Positions 51,049-59,038 of a stretch of DNA of 64,000 nt are shown in pieces (position 1 is the stretch's first letter; every line of letters starts with the position of its first letter). Both the position numbers and the translations under genes were made by a program. The notes below the pieces were generated by a model. The model was given only the letters and a program-made list of their open reading frames with translations, was not told where the DNA came from and ran no database searches. The stretch comes from a virus (lineage: Duplodnaviria; Caudoviricetes), in IMG/VR virus record IMGVR_UViG_3300035661_000005; one strand, 5' to 3'.

Positions 51049-51587
51049 TGGCGGACCAAGATCGGACGCAGACCTTCTGGCAGGCCGTGTGGGCCAAGCT
51101 CAAGCAGTGGGGGCACTGGGCGGCGCTGAAGCTAGTGGCGCCTGGTGTCGCTCTCGTGGTCATTCTGGTGGCGGTCCTGCTCGTGTCGGTCGGCTTCAAG
51201 GAGCTGCAGATCGGCGGTATCCTCGGCAAGCTCTTCGGCAAGAAACCCTCGGACAAGGCCATCGACACGGCGAACACGATCCCGCCGCACCGGGTCGACG
51301 AGAAGGGGAAGCTGATCCCGGCTGGGACGCCCGATTCGAAGGGTACCACGCAGGCGGTGGTCGTTCCCATCCAGGAGCCGGGCATCTTCTCGAACCCCGA
51401 CACGGTGAAGTTCACCCCGCCGGGGAAGGATGAGCCGGTCGAGGTCCAGCTCCCCGATGGCGTCAAGAACAAGGACGTCTCGCAGGTCGTTATCGTTCAC
51501 CCGGACATGGTCGTGGTGACTGTGAAGGACAACTCGGGGATCCCGGCGTCCCACGTGGATGACCTGCTCAAGAAGTACGGAGGCTGA
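51048..51587 (+). CDS. N-terminally anchored membrane protein (possible inner-membrane spanin-like component)
   Basis: Basic amphipathic N-terminus, a single TM segment (LVAPGVALVVILVAVLLVSVGF) and a hydrophilic C-domain. ATG at 51048 overlaps the holin stop. Confidence 0.5.
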   Translation: MADQDRTQTFWQAVWAKLKQWGHWAALKLVAPGVALVVILVAVLLVSVGFKELQIGGILGKLFGKKPSDKAIDTANTIPPHRVDEKGKLIPAGTPDSKGTTQAVVVPIQEPGIFSNPDTVKFTPPGKDEPVEVQLPDGVKNKDVSQVVIVHPDMVVVTVKDNSGIPASHVDDLLKKYGG

Positions 51588-51589
51588 AC

Positions 51590-52186
51590 GTGAAGCGTAC
51601 GATCCTACTTCTCGGGCTACTTCTCCCCTCCGTGGCAGCGGCGCAGACGACTTGTCCGGCGGGGTCAACGTGCGTCCCGGCCGACGACATGAGGGTGTTC
51701 GTGCAGCTGCTGAAGGACCAGAAGTGCCGTGCGGAGACGGCGCCGATCTTCAAGCTCGACCCCATCTCGATCGTCACGGACAAGGATGGGCGCGTCTACG
51801 GGTCCGGGAGCGGACCGCAGCCGTACAAGCTCAAGATGTCGTGGTGCAACTACGAGGTTGAGGGCAAGGGACAGGTCGACATCGCCGTGGCGAAGCGTGA
51901 GCCGGAGACCTCCGGGTTCCGCTTCCGTCCCAAGGCGGCCATCGGCTACCTGCCGGTCACAGCGTACAAGCAGTCGGACGGGTACGCGGGGCTCGATGCC
52001 GGCGTCCTGATCGAGCCGGCGTACGTCTCGTGGTTCAACTTCAACGCCTACGTGGGCTTCCGCTCGGTCGGCGGGGGCTTCGGGTTCGACCTGACGAGGA
52101 ACATGGGCGCCTACGTGGGCTACGCGATCACGTGGGGCACCTGGCAATCCAACCTACACGGGGCGATCTCGTTCGCTCTCTGGTGA
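51590..52186 (+). CDS. Exported protein with a Cys-containing N-domain and C-terminal amphipathic beta-strands (possible outer-membrane protein)
   Basis: Signal peptide MKRTILLLGLLLPSVAAA, four Cys residues and alternating aromatic/Gly strands ending in GAISFALW. Confidence 0.55.
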   Translation: MKRTILLLGLLLPSVAAAQTTCPAGSTCVPADDMRVFVQLLKDQKCRAETAPIFKLDPISIVTDKDGRVYGSGSGPQPYKLKMSWCNYEVEGKGQVDIAVAKREPETSGFRFRPKAAIGYLPVTAYKQSDGYAGLDAGVLIEPAYVSWFNFNAYVGFRSVGGGFGFDLTRNMGAYVGYAITWGTWQSNLHGAISFALW

Positions 52187-52230
52187 GAGCCTGGCGTACG
52201 ATCGTCGTTCCGTCACGGGGTCCTCGGATC

Positions 52231-52298
52231 CTGCGACGCCACGTGAGTGCCCTCGCAGATGGGCCAGTCCTTTCGGCCCATAGCGGTGTAAGGGAGGG
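52231..52298 (+). promoter_or_regulatory. Structured leader of the helicase gene: hairpin plus candidate H-type pseudoknot covering the SD
   Basis: CTGCGA/TCGCAG stem with an inner CAC-GTGA-GTG hairpin, and an ATGGGCC/GGCCCAT stem whose loop TCCTTT is complementary to AAGGGA at 52290-52295. Confidence 0.45.
52284..52292 (+). promoter_or_regulatory. CGGTGTA motif, candidate phage promoter element (copy upstream of the SNF2 helicase)
   Basis: The same 7-mer starts 18-30 nt upstream of four replication-module start codons. Confidence 0.5.
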
Positions 52299-52301
52299 CC
52301 A

Positions 52302-55300
52302 ATGCCTCCCAAAGTGTTGACGCCCGAGCTGCTCGTCACGTACGACCAGCTCAAGAAGGTTCGGGAATCCAAGACGGTTGCGCTCAAGCCGACCCCGATG
52401 CTTCGCGAAGAGATCGCGGGGTTCAACGGCAAACCGCAGCCGCTCAAGCTCCGCTACTACCAGTCGCAGGGCATCTTCCACCTGCTGCTGATGAAGCGCA
52501 TGGTTCTCGGAGACGGGACGGGCCTCGGGAAGTGTGTGACGGGCGACACCTTGCTCGCCACCGATAAGGGCCTCATCCCCATCTTGTCCCTCGCTCCCGC
52601 GGAGGACTTGCAGCCGAACACCTTCTACGAGCCGGCTTTCCCCGTGAGGGTCAGGATCGGGAACGAGTACGTTCCCGTCCATCGGTTCTACTGGAACGGT
52701 GAGGTGCGTACATACAAGGTGCGAACCAGGGATGGGTTTGAGGTCACGGGCAGCGCCAATCATCCGATCCTGGTCCGAGGGCCGGATGGGGAGAGCTTTT
52801 GCAAGCTCCCTGAGGTGGAGCCTGTAGAGAACTACGCCTGTATCGAGCGGCGGTCTTCCTTCCCGCTCTCGGTTCCTCCTATCCCGTTCGAGCCGAAGGT
52901 GGCGCCCAACGCAACGCGTTACACGGTCCCGAGCCACATCACGCCCGAACTGGCGCGGCTGCTCGGATACATCGTGGCCGCGGGGACGGTGACCTCGAAG
53001 TATCGAACGACCATCACGCAGCACCTGAACATGAACTCCGAAGCACACACGGACATCAGGGGGCTTCTTCAGACCATCTTCGGTTGGTCAAATGACACGA
53101 CCAACGCGGACCGTGACAAGAGCATCGAGGTCACGAGCCTCTGGCTCCGGCAGTACTTCGAAGCGTGTGGGGTGGGTTACACCACCGCACACACGAAGTC
53201 TGTCCCGTGGTGCGTTCAGCAGGGGACACGGGAAGTTGTGGCGGGGTTCCTTCGAGGGCTTTTCGAGGGCGATGGATCGGTGGTGTCGGGCGGGGTCGAG
53301 TTCTCTACCGCTTCGGAGCGGCTGGGAAAGGAGGTGCAGATCATGCTCCTCCAGTTCGGAATCGTGGCGACCCGGAAGTTCGTCGATGAGTACGACCACA
53401 CCTACTGGTGGCTCACCCTGTTCGGGGAGGATGCCAAGCTCTTCCACGACCAGATCGGGTTCGCCTCTCGTCGGAAACAGGACGCCCTCACGCAGTCCTT
53501 GCCCGCTGAGCGGAACCCGAACAAGGACGTGGTGCCTCACGCTCGGGAACTCGTGGAGCAGGTGCGGGCGGCCCTGATGGCGAAGTTGGATGTCTCTGGC
53601 TCGAACAACCAGCGACAGGGGTCTGGGCTCAAGCAGTTGGGGGACAATTTTCAGTCCAAGCTGAAGCATGTCCGGTCGGGTAACCGGAACCCCACCTACG
53701 CTTTCTTGCAGGAGGTGTATGCGGCCTGTGAGACGGCGGGGATTCTGGGGGATCCTGCCGTACAGGAGCTGTATGACCTTCTCCGCAGCCATTACTACTA
53801 CGACCCTATCGTCGAAGTCATCGAAGCCGGAACCCAGCCGGTGATGGACATCGAGGTCGATGACCCCCGGCACGCTTTCACGGCAAACGGGTTGGTCAAC
53901 CACAACACGTGCCAGGCGATCGGCGCCCTGTGCTACCTCTGGGCGAAGGAGACGGGCAACCGGGTCATCATCGTCACCCCGAAGTCCGCCCTACGTCAGT
54001 GGGACACAGAGATCCACCGCTTCGCCACGGGGATCAAGACGTACATCGTCTCGGGCACGCTGGAGGAGCGGAAAGCGGTCTACGAGGCGTGGGCGAAGCA
54101 TCCGGAGGACCACCCGAAGAAGCCGGTCCTCTTGGTCAACTACCACCTGCTCGTGCGCGACTGGGACCACGGGGGCGGGCTCAAGAAGGACCCGAAGAAC
54201 CCGAGGGACAAGGGCACGGTCGTCCCGGGGCTCGTGAACAGCCTGACGATGGGCATGCCGAACATCGTGACCATCTACGATGAGGCCACGGCGTTCAAGA
54301 ATTCGTCGACGAAGACGTGGCAGGTGGCGGCGCAGCTGTCGTTGCGGTCGCATCGTTGCTACGGGCTGACGGCGACCCTCCTCAAGAACAACCTCATGGA
54401 GGGCTTCTCGATCTACAAGGCCATCGTGCCCGACCTGTTCGGCACGAAGACCGGCTTCATCCGGGACTACTGCGTGACGCGCGACCTGCAGGTCAGCGGC
54501 CGACGCATCCCCCTCGTGGTCGGCTACCGCAACCTGCAGACGTTCCGCAACACGATCGACCCGTTCTTCCTGGGGAGGTCCAAGCACACGGTCAGCGACG
54601 AGCTACCGACCCTCATCACGAAGGACATGCTCTGCGAGCTGTCCCCCGCCGAGGATGCCAAGTACACCGAGGCCCTGACGGGGATCATCGAGCTGGGCGA
54701 TGGTGAGGTCAAGGACTACGAGGAGCACAAGGCGTTCGTCAGCCTGATCTACTGCCAACAGGCGGTGAATTCGCTGACGATGCTCAAGTTCGACTCCGGG
54801 CAGGAATTCGAGACGGGGCTCTTCAGCGACGAGGTGCTCAAGGTCGACAAGCTCGGTGCCAAAGAGCAGGCCCTCTTCGACCTCATCAACGATGAGCTGT
54901 CGGACGAGAAGGTCATCGTCTACACGCGCTTCGCGTCCCTCGTCCCGCGTCTCCAGCACATCCTCGCCGAGGCCAAGATCAAGTCCGTCCGGATCACCGG
55001 CAAGGACAACGACATCGCGCGCAAGAAGGCCCAGGAGGCGTTCCAGAACCTGGAGTCCGATACGAAGGTCATCTTCATCACGGACGCCGGGTCGGAGGCC
55101 ATCAACCTCCAGGCGGCGAGCGCGATGATCTTCTACGACGCGCCGTGGAGCTGGGGCAACTACGTCCAGCTGCTGGGTCGCCCGATCCGTATCGGCAGCC
55201 CGCACCAGCACATCGTTGTCTACCACCTCATCGCCGAGCGTCCGGGGGATACGAAGAAGGCCCGCAAGACGATCGACCACCATGTTTTGGAGATGCTCGA

Positions 55301-55424
55301 CAAGAAGAAGGGCCTGATCGATCGCGTTCTCGGCGAGGCGGCGGTTGGGGCCTTGGACTTCGAGAAGGGTTCGGTTACCAAGGATCTCGTGCGTAGGCTC
55401 CAGGGCAAGGGCGGTGACGAATGA
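52302..55424 (+). CDS. SNF2-family (SF2) DNA helicase, intein-containing
   Basis: LGDGTGLGK|T Walker A (split by the intein), IYDEA, TAT, SEAINLQAAS..IFYD and QLLGRPIRIG motifs. Confidence 0.9.
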   Translation: MPPKVLTPELLVTYDQLKKVRESKTVALKPTPMLREEIAGFNGKPQPLKLRYYQSQGIFHLLLMKRMVLGDGTGLGKCVTGDTLLATDKGLIPILSLAPAEDLQPNTFYEPAFPVRVRIGNEYVPVHRFYWNGEVRTYKVRTRDGFEVTGSANHPILVRGPDGESFCKLPEVEPVENYACIERRSSFPLSVPPIPFEPKVAPNATRYTVPSHITPELARLLGYIVAAGTVTSKYRTTITQHLNMNSEAHTDIRGLLQTIFGWSNDTTNADRDKSIEVTSLWLRQYFEACGVGYTTAHTKSVPWCVQQGTREVVAGFLRGLFEGDGSVVSGGVEFSTASERLGKEVQIMLLQFGIVATRKFVDEYDHTYWWLTLFGEDAKLFHDQIGFASRRKQDALTQSLPAERNPNKDVVPHARELVEQVRAALMAKLDVSGSNNQRQGSGLKQLGDNFQSKLKHVRSGNRNPTYAFLQEVYAACETAGILGDPAVQELYDLLRSHYYYDPIVEVIEAGTQPVMDIEVDDPRHAFTANGLVNHNTCQAIGALCYLWAKETGNRVIIVTPKSALRQWDTEIHRFATGIKTYIVSGTLEERKAVYEAWAKHPEDHPKKPVLLVNYHLLVRDWDHGGGLKKDPKNPRDKGTVVPGLVNSLTMGMPNIVTIYDEATAFKNSSTKTWQVAAQLSLRSHRCYGLTATLLKNNLMEGFSIYKAIVPDLFGTKTGFIRDYCVTRDLQVSGRRIPLVVGYRNLQTFRNTIDPFFLGRSKHTVSDELPTLITKDMLCELSPAEDAKYTEALTGIIELGDGEVKDYEEHKAFVSLIYCQQAVNSLTMLKFDSGQEFETGLFSDEVLKVDKLGAKEQALFDLINDELSDEKVIVYTRFASLVPRLQHILAEAKIKSVRITGKDNDIARKKAQEAFQNLESDTKVIFITDAGSEAINLQAASAMIFYDAPWSWGNYVQLLGRPIRIGSPHQHIVVYHLIAERPGDTKKARKTIDHHVLEMLDKKKGLIDRVLGEAAVGALDFEKGSVTKDLVRRLQGKGGDE
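52533..53906 (+). mobile_element. Intein (458 aa) with a LAGLIDADG endonuclease region, inserted in helicase Walker A
   Basis: Begins CVTGDT after GLGK and ends ANGLVNHN before Thr. It has the SANH block B and the LLGYIVAAG and FLRGLFEGDG motifs. Confidence 0.92.
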
Positions 55425-55684
55425 TGCGCGAAGCCATCTTCCGGGAATTCGAGATCGAGCGCGACAAGCAGGACCGCATGTGGGGCGGAGAGGCCCACGA
55501 CGCACACCACACGGCACACGACTGGATCGCCTACCTCGTGAAGCACGTCGGCAAGGCGGTCCACTGGCCGTGGACGGTCGAGCGCTTCCGGCACCAGATG
55601 GTCATCATCGGCGCGCTCTCCGTGGCGATCATCGAGTGGTGTGACGCGCAGAGGACGGTTGGGGATCGTCCCCCCTCGGTGTAA
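55421..55684 (+). CDS. Small MazG-like / all-alpha NTP-pyrophosphatase-like protein
   Basis: ERDKQDRMWG...DWIAYL...GKA...RHQMVIIGALSVAIIE follows the ER.RQ..KWG...W...L...GE...EL.QVAAVAVA.IE pattern. Confidence 0.5.
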   Translation: MMREAIFREFEIERDKQDRMWGGEAHDAHHTAHDWIAYLVKHVGKAVHWPWTVERFRHQMVIIGALSVAIIEWCDAQRTVGDRPPSV

Positions 55685-55693
55685 GAGGGGGAC
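55668..55693 (+). promoter_or_regulatory. SD-sequestering hairpin whose loop carries the GGTGTAA motif
   Basis: GTCCCCCCTC (55668-55677) pairs with GAGGGGGAC (55685-55693) with one bulged C; the ATG is at 55697. Confidence 0.55.
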
Positions 55694-55696
55694 TGC

Positions 55697-56539
55697 ATGA
55701 CCGAGATCGGCTGCGACCAGTGCAATCACACGGGGTTCCTACCCGTACCGGGGGATGACTCCCGGGTGCAGCAGTGCATCTGTTCCTACGCCCGTGCGCT
55801 CAAGGCGCACCTGGGACCGGAGATCGCTGCTGCACCGATCATTCTCAAGAGCCCCCTCTACGTGGCGGGTGGGAAGGGTGAGCCGGCCAAGATCGATCGC
55901 ACCCAGGACAACCTGTTCATCAAGGTCTACTGGTCCGATCTCCTGCCGCATTTGAAGTGGGCACTGACCTGCAAAGGTCCGATGTTCCGCTACCGTATCG
56001 TGACGGACGAGCGGCTGAAGACGGTCTACCTCGGCTCCGAGGACTACCGTGCGCGAGCCAAAAGCAAGCGGGACGACATCACGACCTTCAACAGCGTGGG
56101 CGACCTGATCGGGCCGGAATACGACATGGTCATCGTTCGGCTCGGATTCCTCGGGTACAAGAACGTCGCCATGCCGGGCATCCTCAAGGAGGCCCTCATG
56201 CTGCGGGAGTCCGCGTTGAAGCCCACGTGGCTCATCGAGGAGCCTGCAAGCATCTACGGTTTCGGCCACTTTTCGTACAGCGAGGACACGGCGGCATACA
56301 TTGACCGCCTCTTCGAGGTCATCAACCTCGTGGACGAGAAGCGGACGCCCGAAGCTCCGCGTGGCGTGGAGCCCGTGGAAGACGTGACCATGGAGGATGA
56401 CGAGCCGAGGCCGCAGATCGTACAACCCCCTCAGCCCAGGTTCACGAGTCCCAAGATCGATCCCGTGGAGTTTGCCGTGCCTGAAGGAAGCGGTAGGAAG
56501 TCCGGCTGGAAGAAGAAGGGCGGAGGGGGTCCGGTATGA
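55697..56539 (+). CDS. DnaC/IstB-like helicase-loader-like protein with degenerate Walker motifs
   Basis: N-terminal CDQCNHTG...CIC zinc finger and loader-like spacing. It lies directly upstream of the DnaB-like helicase and has no GKT or DDLG. Confidence 0.55.
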   Translation: MTEIGCDQCNHTGFLPVPGDDSRVQQCICSYARALKAHLGPEIAAAPIILKSPLYVAGGKGEPAKIDRTQDNLFIKVYWSDLLPHLKWALTCKGPMFRYRIVTDERLKTVYLGSEDYRARAKSKRDDITTFNSVGDLIGPEYDMVIVRLGFLGYKNVAMPGILKEALMLRESALKPTWLIEEPASIYGFGHFSYSEDTAAYIDRLFEVINLVDEKRTPEAPRGVEPVEDVTMEDDEPRPQIVQPPQPRFTSPKIDPVEFAVPEGSGRKSGWKKKGGGGPV

Positions 56540-58008
56540 AGCGCCTTCTTCGTTCCGTCATCGAATTCGACAAGGCGATCACGCCAGATCAGCTCGTCCA
56601 GAACTTCCAGAAGCTCGTTCAGGCGCACCTCGAATGGTCCCGGCCGGACGATGCCCGGATCTTCGACTTCCTGCTGACTTACTTCCAGAGCCGGCTGGAG
56701 CTACCGAGCGGCTCGACGGTCAATGACTACTTCGACAAGACCGGCGACATCGAGGTCATCGAGCGTCTCAAGGACATTCAGGCAACAACCTGGTACGTCC
56801 GCACGGGCTTCGCTCACCTGCTGCAGACGATCCTGGAGGATCTGAACCGCATCAAGGCGACGGCGCTCCTCAAGGAGACGAACGAGATCATCAACAAGGG
56901 TCTCATCGTCCAGGATGGGCGGGAGAAGATCCGCAAGCAGGGGGTGCGCGAGGGCCTCGTCCACTTCACGCAGCGGGCGCACGACCTGATCCTCACGGAG
57001 TACAACGCCCGTACGTCCGGGGACATCCTGCAGGATGGCCAATCCGTCTGGGACGAGTACACGGACGCGAAGGTCAACAAGGACAAGGTCTGGGGTCGCT
57101 TCACGGGACTCGATGCCATCGACAACGTCTGCCACGGCATCAAGAGGGGCGAGCTATGGGTCCACGCTGGGTTCCCCGGCGAGCTGAAGACCACGTTCGC
57201 CATCAACTGGTGCTACAACCTGGTGACCCGGTATAGGTCGAACGTCCTCTATTTCTCTCTGGAGATGCCCTACGAGCAGCTCCGCCGGCAGGTCTACGTC
57301 ATGCACTCGTCCCACGCGAAGTGGAGGGTGCAGGGCTACACGCCCCTGGACTACCGCAAGGTCCGCGACGGGGAGTTGACGCAGGCGGAGGAGGAATTCT
57401 ACCAGAAGGTCATCGACGATTTCTGCAACAACCCTGACTACTGCCAGTTCGAGATCCGGTCCCCCGATCGGGACATGACGATCGACGACATCCGTCTTGA
57501 GACGGAGATGACGCACAAGCAGATGGAAGTCGGTATGGTCGTCATCGACCATGGGCAGCTCATGGAGGCCCGCAAGGCCAAACGGTCCAAGGACTACGTC
57601 GTCGAGCTGAACAGCATCATCCGGGACACGAAGAAGTTCTGCCTGCACTTCAACCACGGCGAGAAGATCCCGACCCTCCTGCTCTTCCAGATCAACCGTC
57701 AGGGCAAGGAGGAGGCGGTCAAAGCGCAGGGGAGATACAAGATGTCCGCCCTCGCTTATGCGAACGAAGTCGAGAAGTCCGCGGACGTGATCACGACCAC
57801 GTACCTCGACGACAAACACCGTCAGGGGCGAACGACCATGATCTGCAACCTCAAGAACCGGGACAACCCGCTCTTCGAGCCCTTCGTGGCCCAGGTCGAC
57901 TTCCCTTGCCGCCGCATCTCGAATTGCGACGGGTACCAGGGGAGCGACGGGCGTGGGATGGGGGTTGAGGACTACGCTGCTGTGCTGCAGGCCATGGCGG
58001 CGATCTGA
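56536..58008 (+). CDS. dnaB: DnaB-like replicative helicase
   Basis: TGLDAID...GIKRGEL, AGFPGELKTT (variant Walker A), FSLEM, VIDHGQL, FQINR, EVEKSADV and KNRD motifs. Confidence 0.88.
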   Translation: MKRLLRSVIEFDKAITPDQLVQNFQKLVQAHLEWSRPDDARIFDFLLTYFQSRLELPSGSTVNDYFDKTGDIEVIERLKDIQATTWYVRTGFAHLLQTILEDLNRIKATALLKETNEIINKGLIVQDGREKIRKQGVREGLVHFTQRAHDLILTEYNARTSGDILQDGQSVWDEYTDAKVNKDKVWGRFTGLDAIDNVCHGIKRGELWVHAGFPGELKTTFAINWCYNLVTRYRSNVLYFSLEMPYEQLRRQVYVMHSSHAKWRVQGYTPLDYRKVRDGELTQAEEEFYQKVIDDFCNNPDYCQFEIRSPDRDMTIDDIRLETEMTHKQMEVGMVVIDHGQLMEARKAKRSKDYVVELNSIIRDTKKFCLHFNHGEKIPTLLLFQINRQGKEEAVKAQGRYKMSALAYANEVEKSADVITTTYLDDKHRQGRTTMICNLKNRDNPLFEPFVAQVDFPCRRISNCDGYQGSDGRGMGVEDYAAVLQAMAAI

Positions 58009-58643
58009 TGGCCCGGGACTTCCTCGGGGAAGCCGAACGCGAAGCCACCCAGAGCGCATCGTTCCGTCGCTGGGTGGCCCAGCGGATCGCCGCTATCCAC
58101 GACAGGGTATCAGCGGGCGACGTGCTGGCCCGTAACGGCGTCCACCTGAAGTACGGCGGCCACCGGCCCGAACAGCTCTCCTGCCCCTTCCACGGGACCG
58201 ACAACCGCCCCAGCGCCCGATACTTCCCAGACGGTGAGAGTCCCGCCCATATCTGGTGCTACGTCTGTAAGGAGCGGTGGGACAGCATCACCCTTTGGCG
58301 GAAGTTCAACCAGTTCGAGGGGCCTTTCACTCGGCTGCTGTTCGACATCGAGCGGGCCTTCGGCATCGACACGCCCGAGGCGCCTACTCAGGACGAAGGC
58401 TTCGAGGATGATGGACCGGACGCGGAGGTCTTGCAGCTGATGGAAATCTGCGAGCGCCGCCTCCGTGGAGCGCGAGCCTCGTTCGACCTGCGAGCGTTCC
58501 TCACGGTCGGAAGCATCCTCGACCGGCTATCCTACCGACTCGAAACGCAGAAGATCACGGTCAAGGCGGCCATGCTCACTCTCCACCGGGTCCTTGACAA
58601 GATCGGGGAGAAGGAGCGCGCTTGTCCCGGCGGATCAAACTGA
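58008..58643 (+). CDS. Stand-alone primase CHC2-type zinc-binding domain protein
   Basis: CPFHGTDNRPSA...WCYVC, followed by a helical C-terminus with no TOPRIM motifs. Confidence 0.7.
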   Translation: MARDFLGEAEREATQSASFRRWVAQRIAAIHDRVSAGDVLARNGVHLKYGGHRPEQLSCPFHGTDNRPSARYFPDGESPAHIWCYVCKERWDSITLWRKFNQFEGPFTRLLFDIERAFGIDTPEAPTQDEGFEDDGPDAEVLQLMEICERRLRGARASFDLRAFLTVGSILDRLSYRLETQKITVKAAMLTLHRVLDKIGEKERACPGGSN

Positions 58644-59038
58644 AGACCAAGGAGCTGGGGGACCTACACCTGATGCTGATCTTCAGCACGGGCGGGGTCT
58701 GGGAACCTGCCTGGGCAGCGTTGAAGGACCACCCGTACGCCGAGTACCTCACCCGGACGAGCACGGAGGTCGTCCACCATGCGCTACACGGCTGGACGCT
58801 GCCGCTCGTGAGGGCTTTGGGGCCGAGTCCCGCCATTGCTCTGCACAAGTTGTCCCCAGACGCCAAACAGTGCGACCTCTGGGACCACTGCATTTTCTAC
58901 GACAAGCGACACTGCCTGCCGAACGCGCGAAAAATGCCGCACTGCTTTCAGCCGCGCGGCTTGTCCCCCGACTTGGGCTACCTGGTGATCAGCCTTTGGC
59001 GGGAGTCGGTGTATATCGTGGTCGAGGAGACCCCATGA
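58622..59038 (+). CDS. Hypothetical Cys-cluster protein (138 aa, TTG start uncertain)
   Basis: AGGAG upstream of the TTG; QCDLWDHC...HC...HCF; the stop overlaps the polymerase ATG. Confidence 0.55.
   Translation: MSRRIKLKTKELGDLHLMLIFSTGGVWEPAWAALKDHPYAEYLTRTSTEVVHHALHGWTLPLVRALGPSPAIALHKLSPDAKQCDLWDHCIFYDKRHCLPNARKMPHCFQPRGLSPDLGYLVISLWRESVYIVVEETP
59007..59014 (+). promoter_or_regulatory. CGGTGTA motif upstream of the DNA polymerase
   Basis: CGGTGTAT starts 28 nt before the ATG at 59035. Confidence 0.45.

Noticed and set aside
52231-52281. Intrinsic terminator at the end of the lysis cassette
   Set aside because: The hairpins are not followed by a U-tract on either strand, so they are reported as a leader structure instead.
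58465-59034. 190 aa N-terminal extension of the polymerase ORF from a GTG
   Set aside because: It overlaps two other plausible genes and reads as off-frame sequence. ATG 59035 has an RBS and an ATGA overlap.
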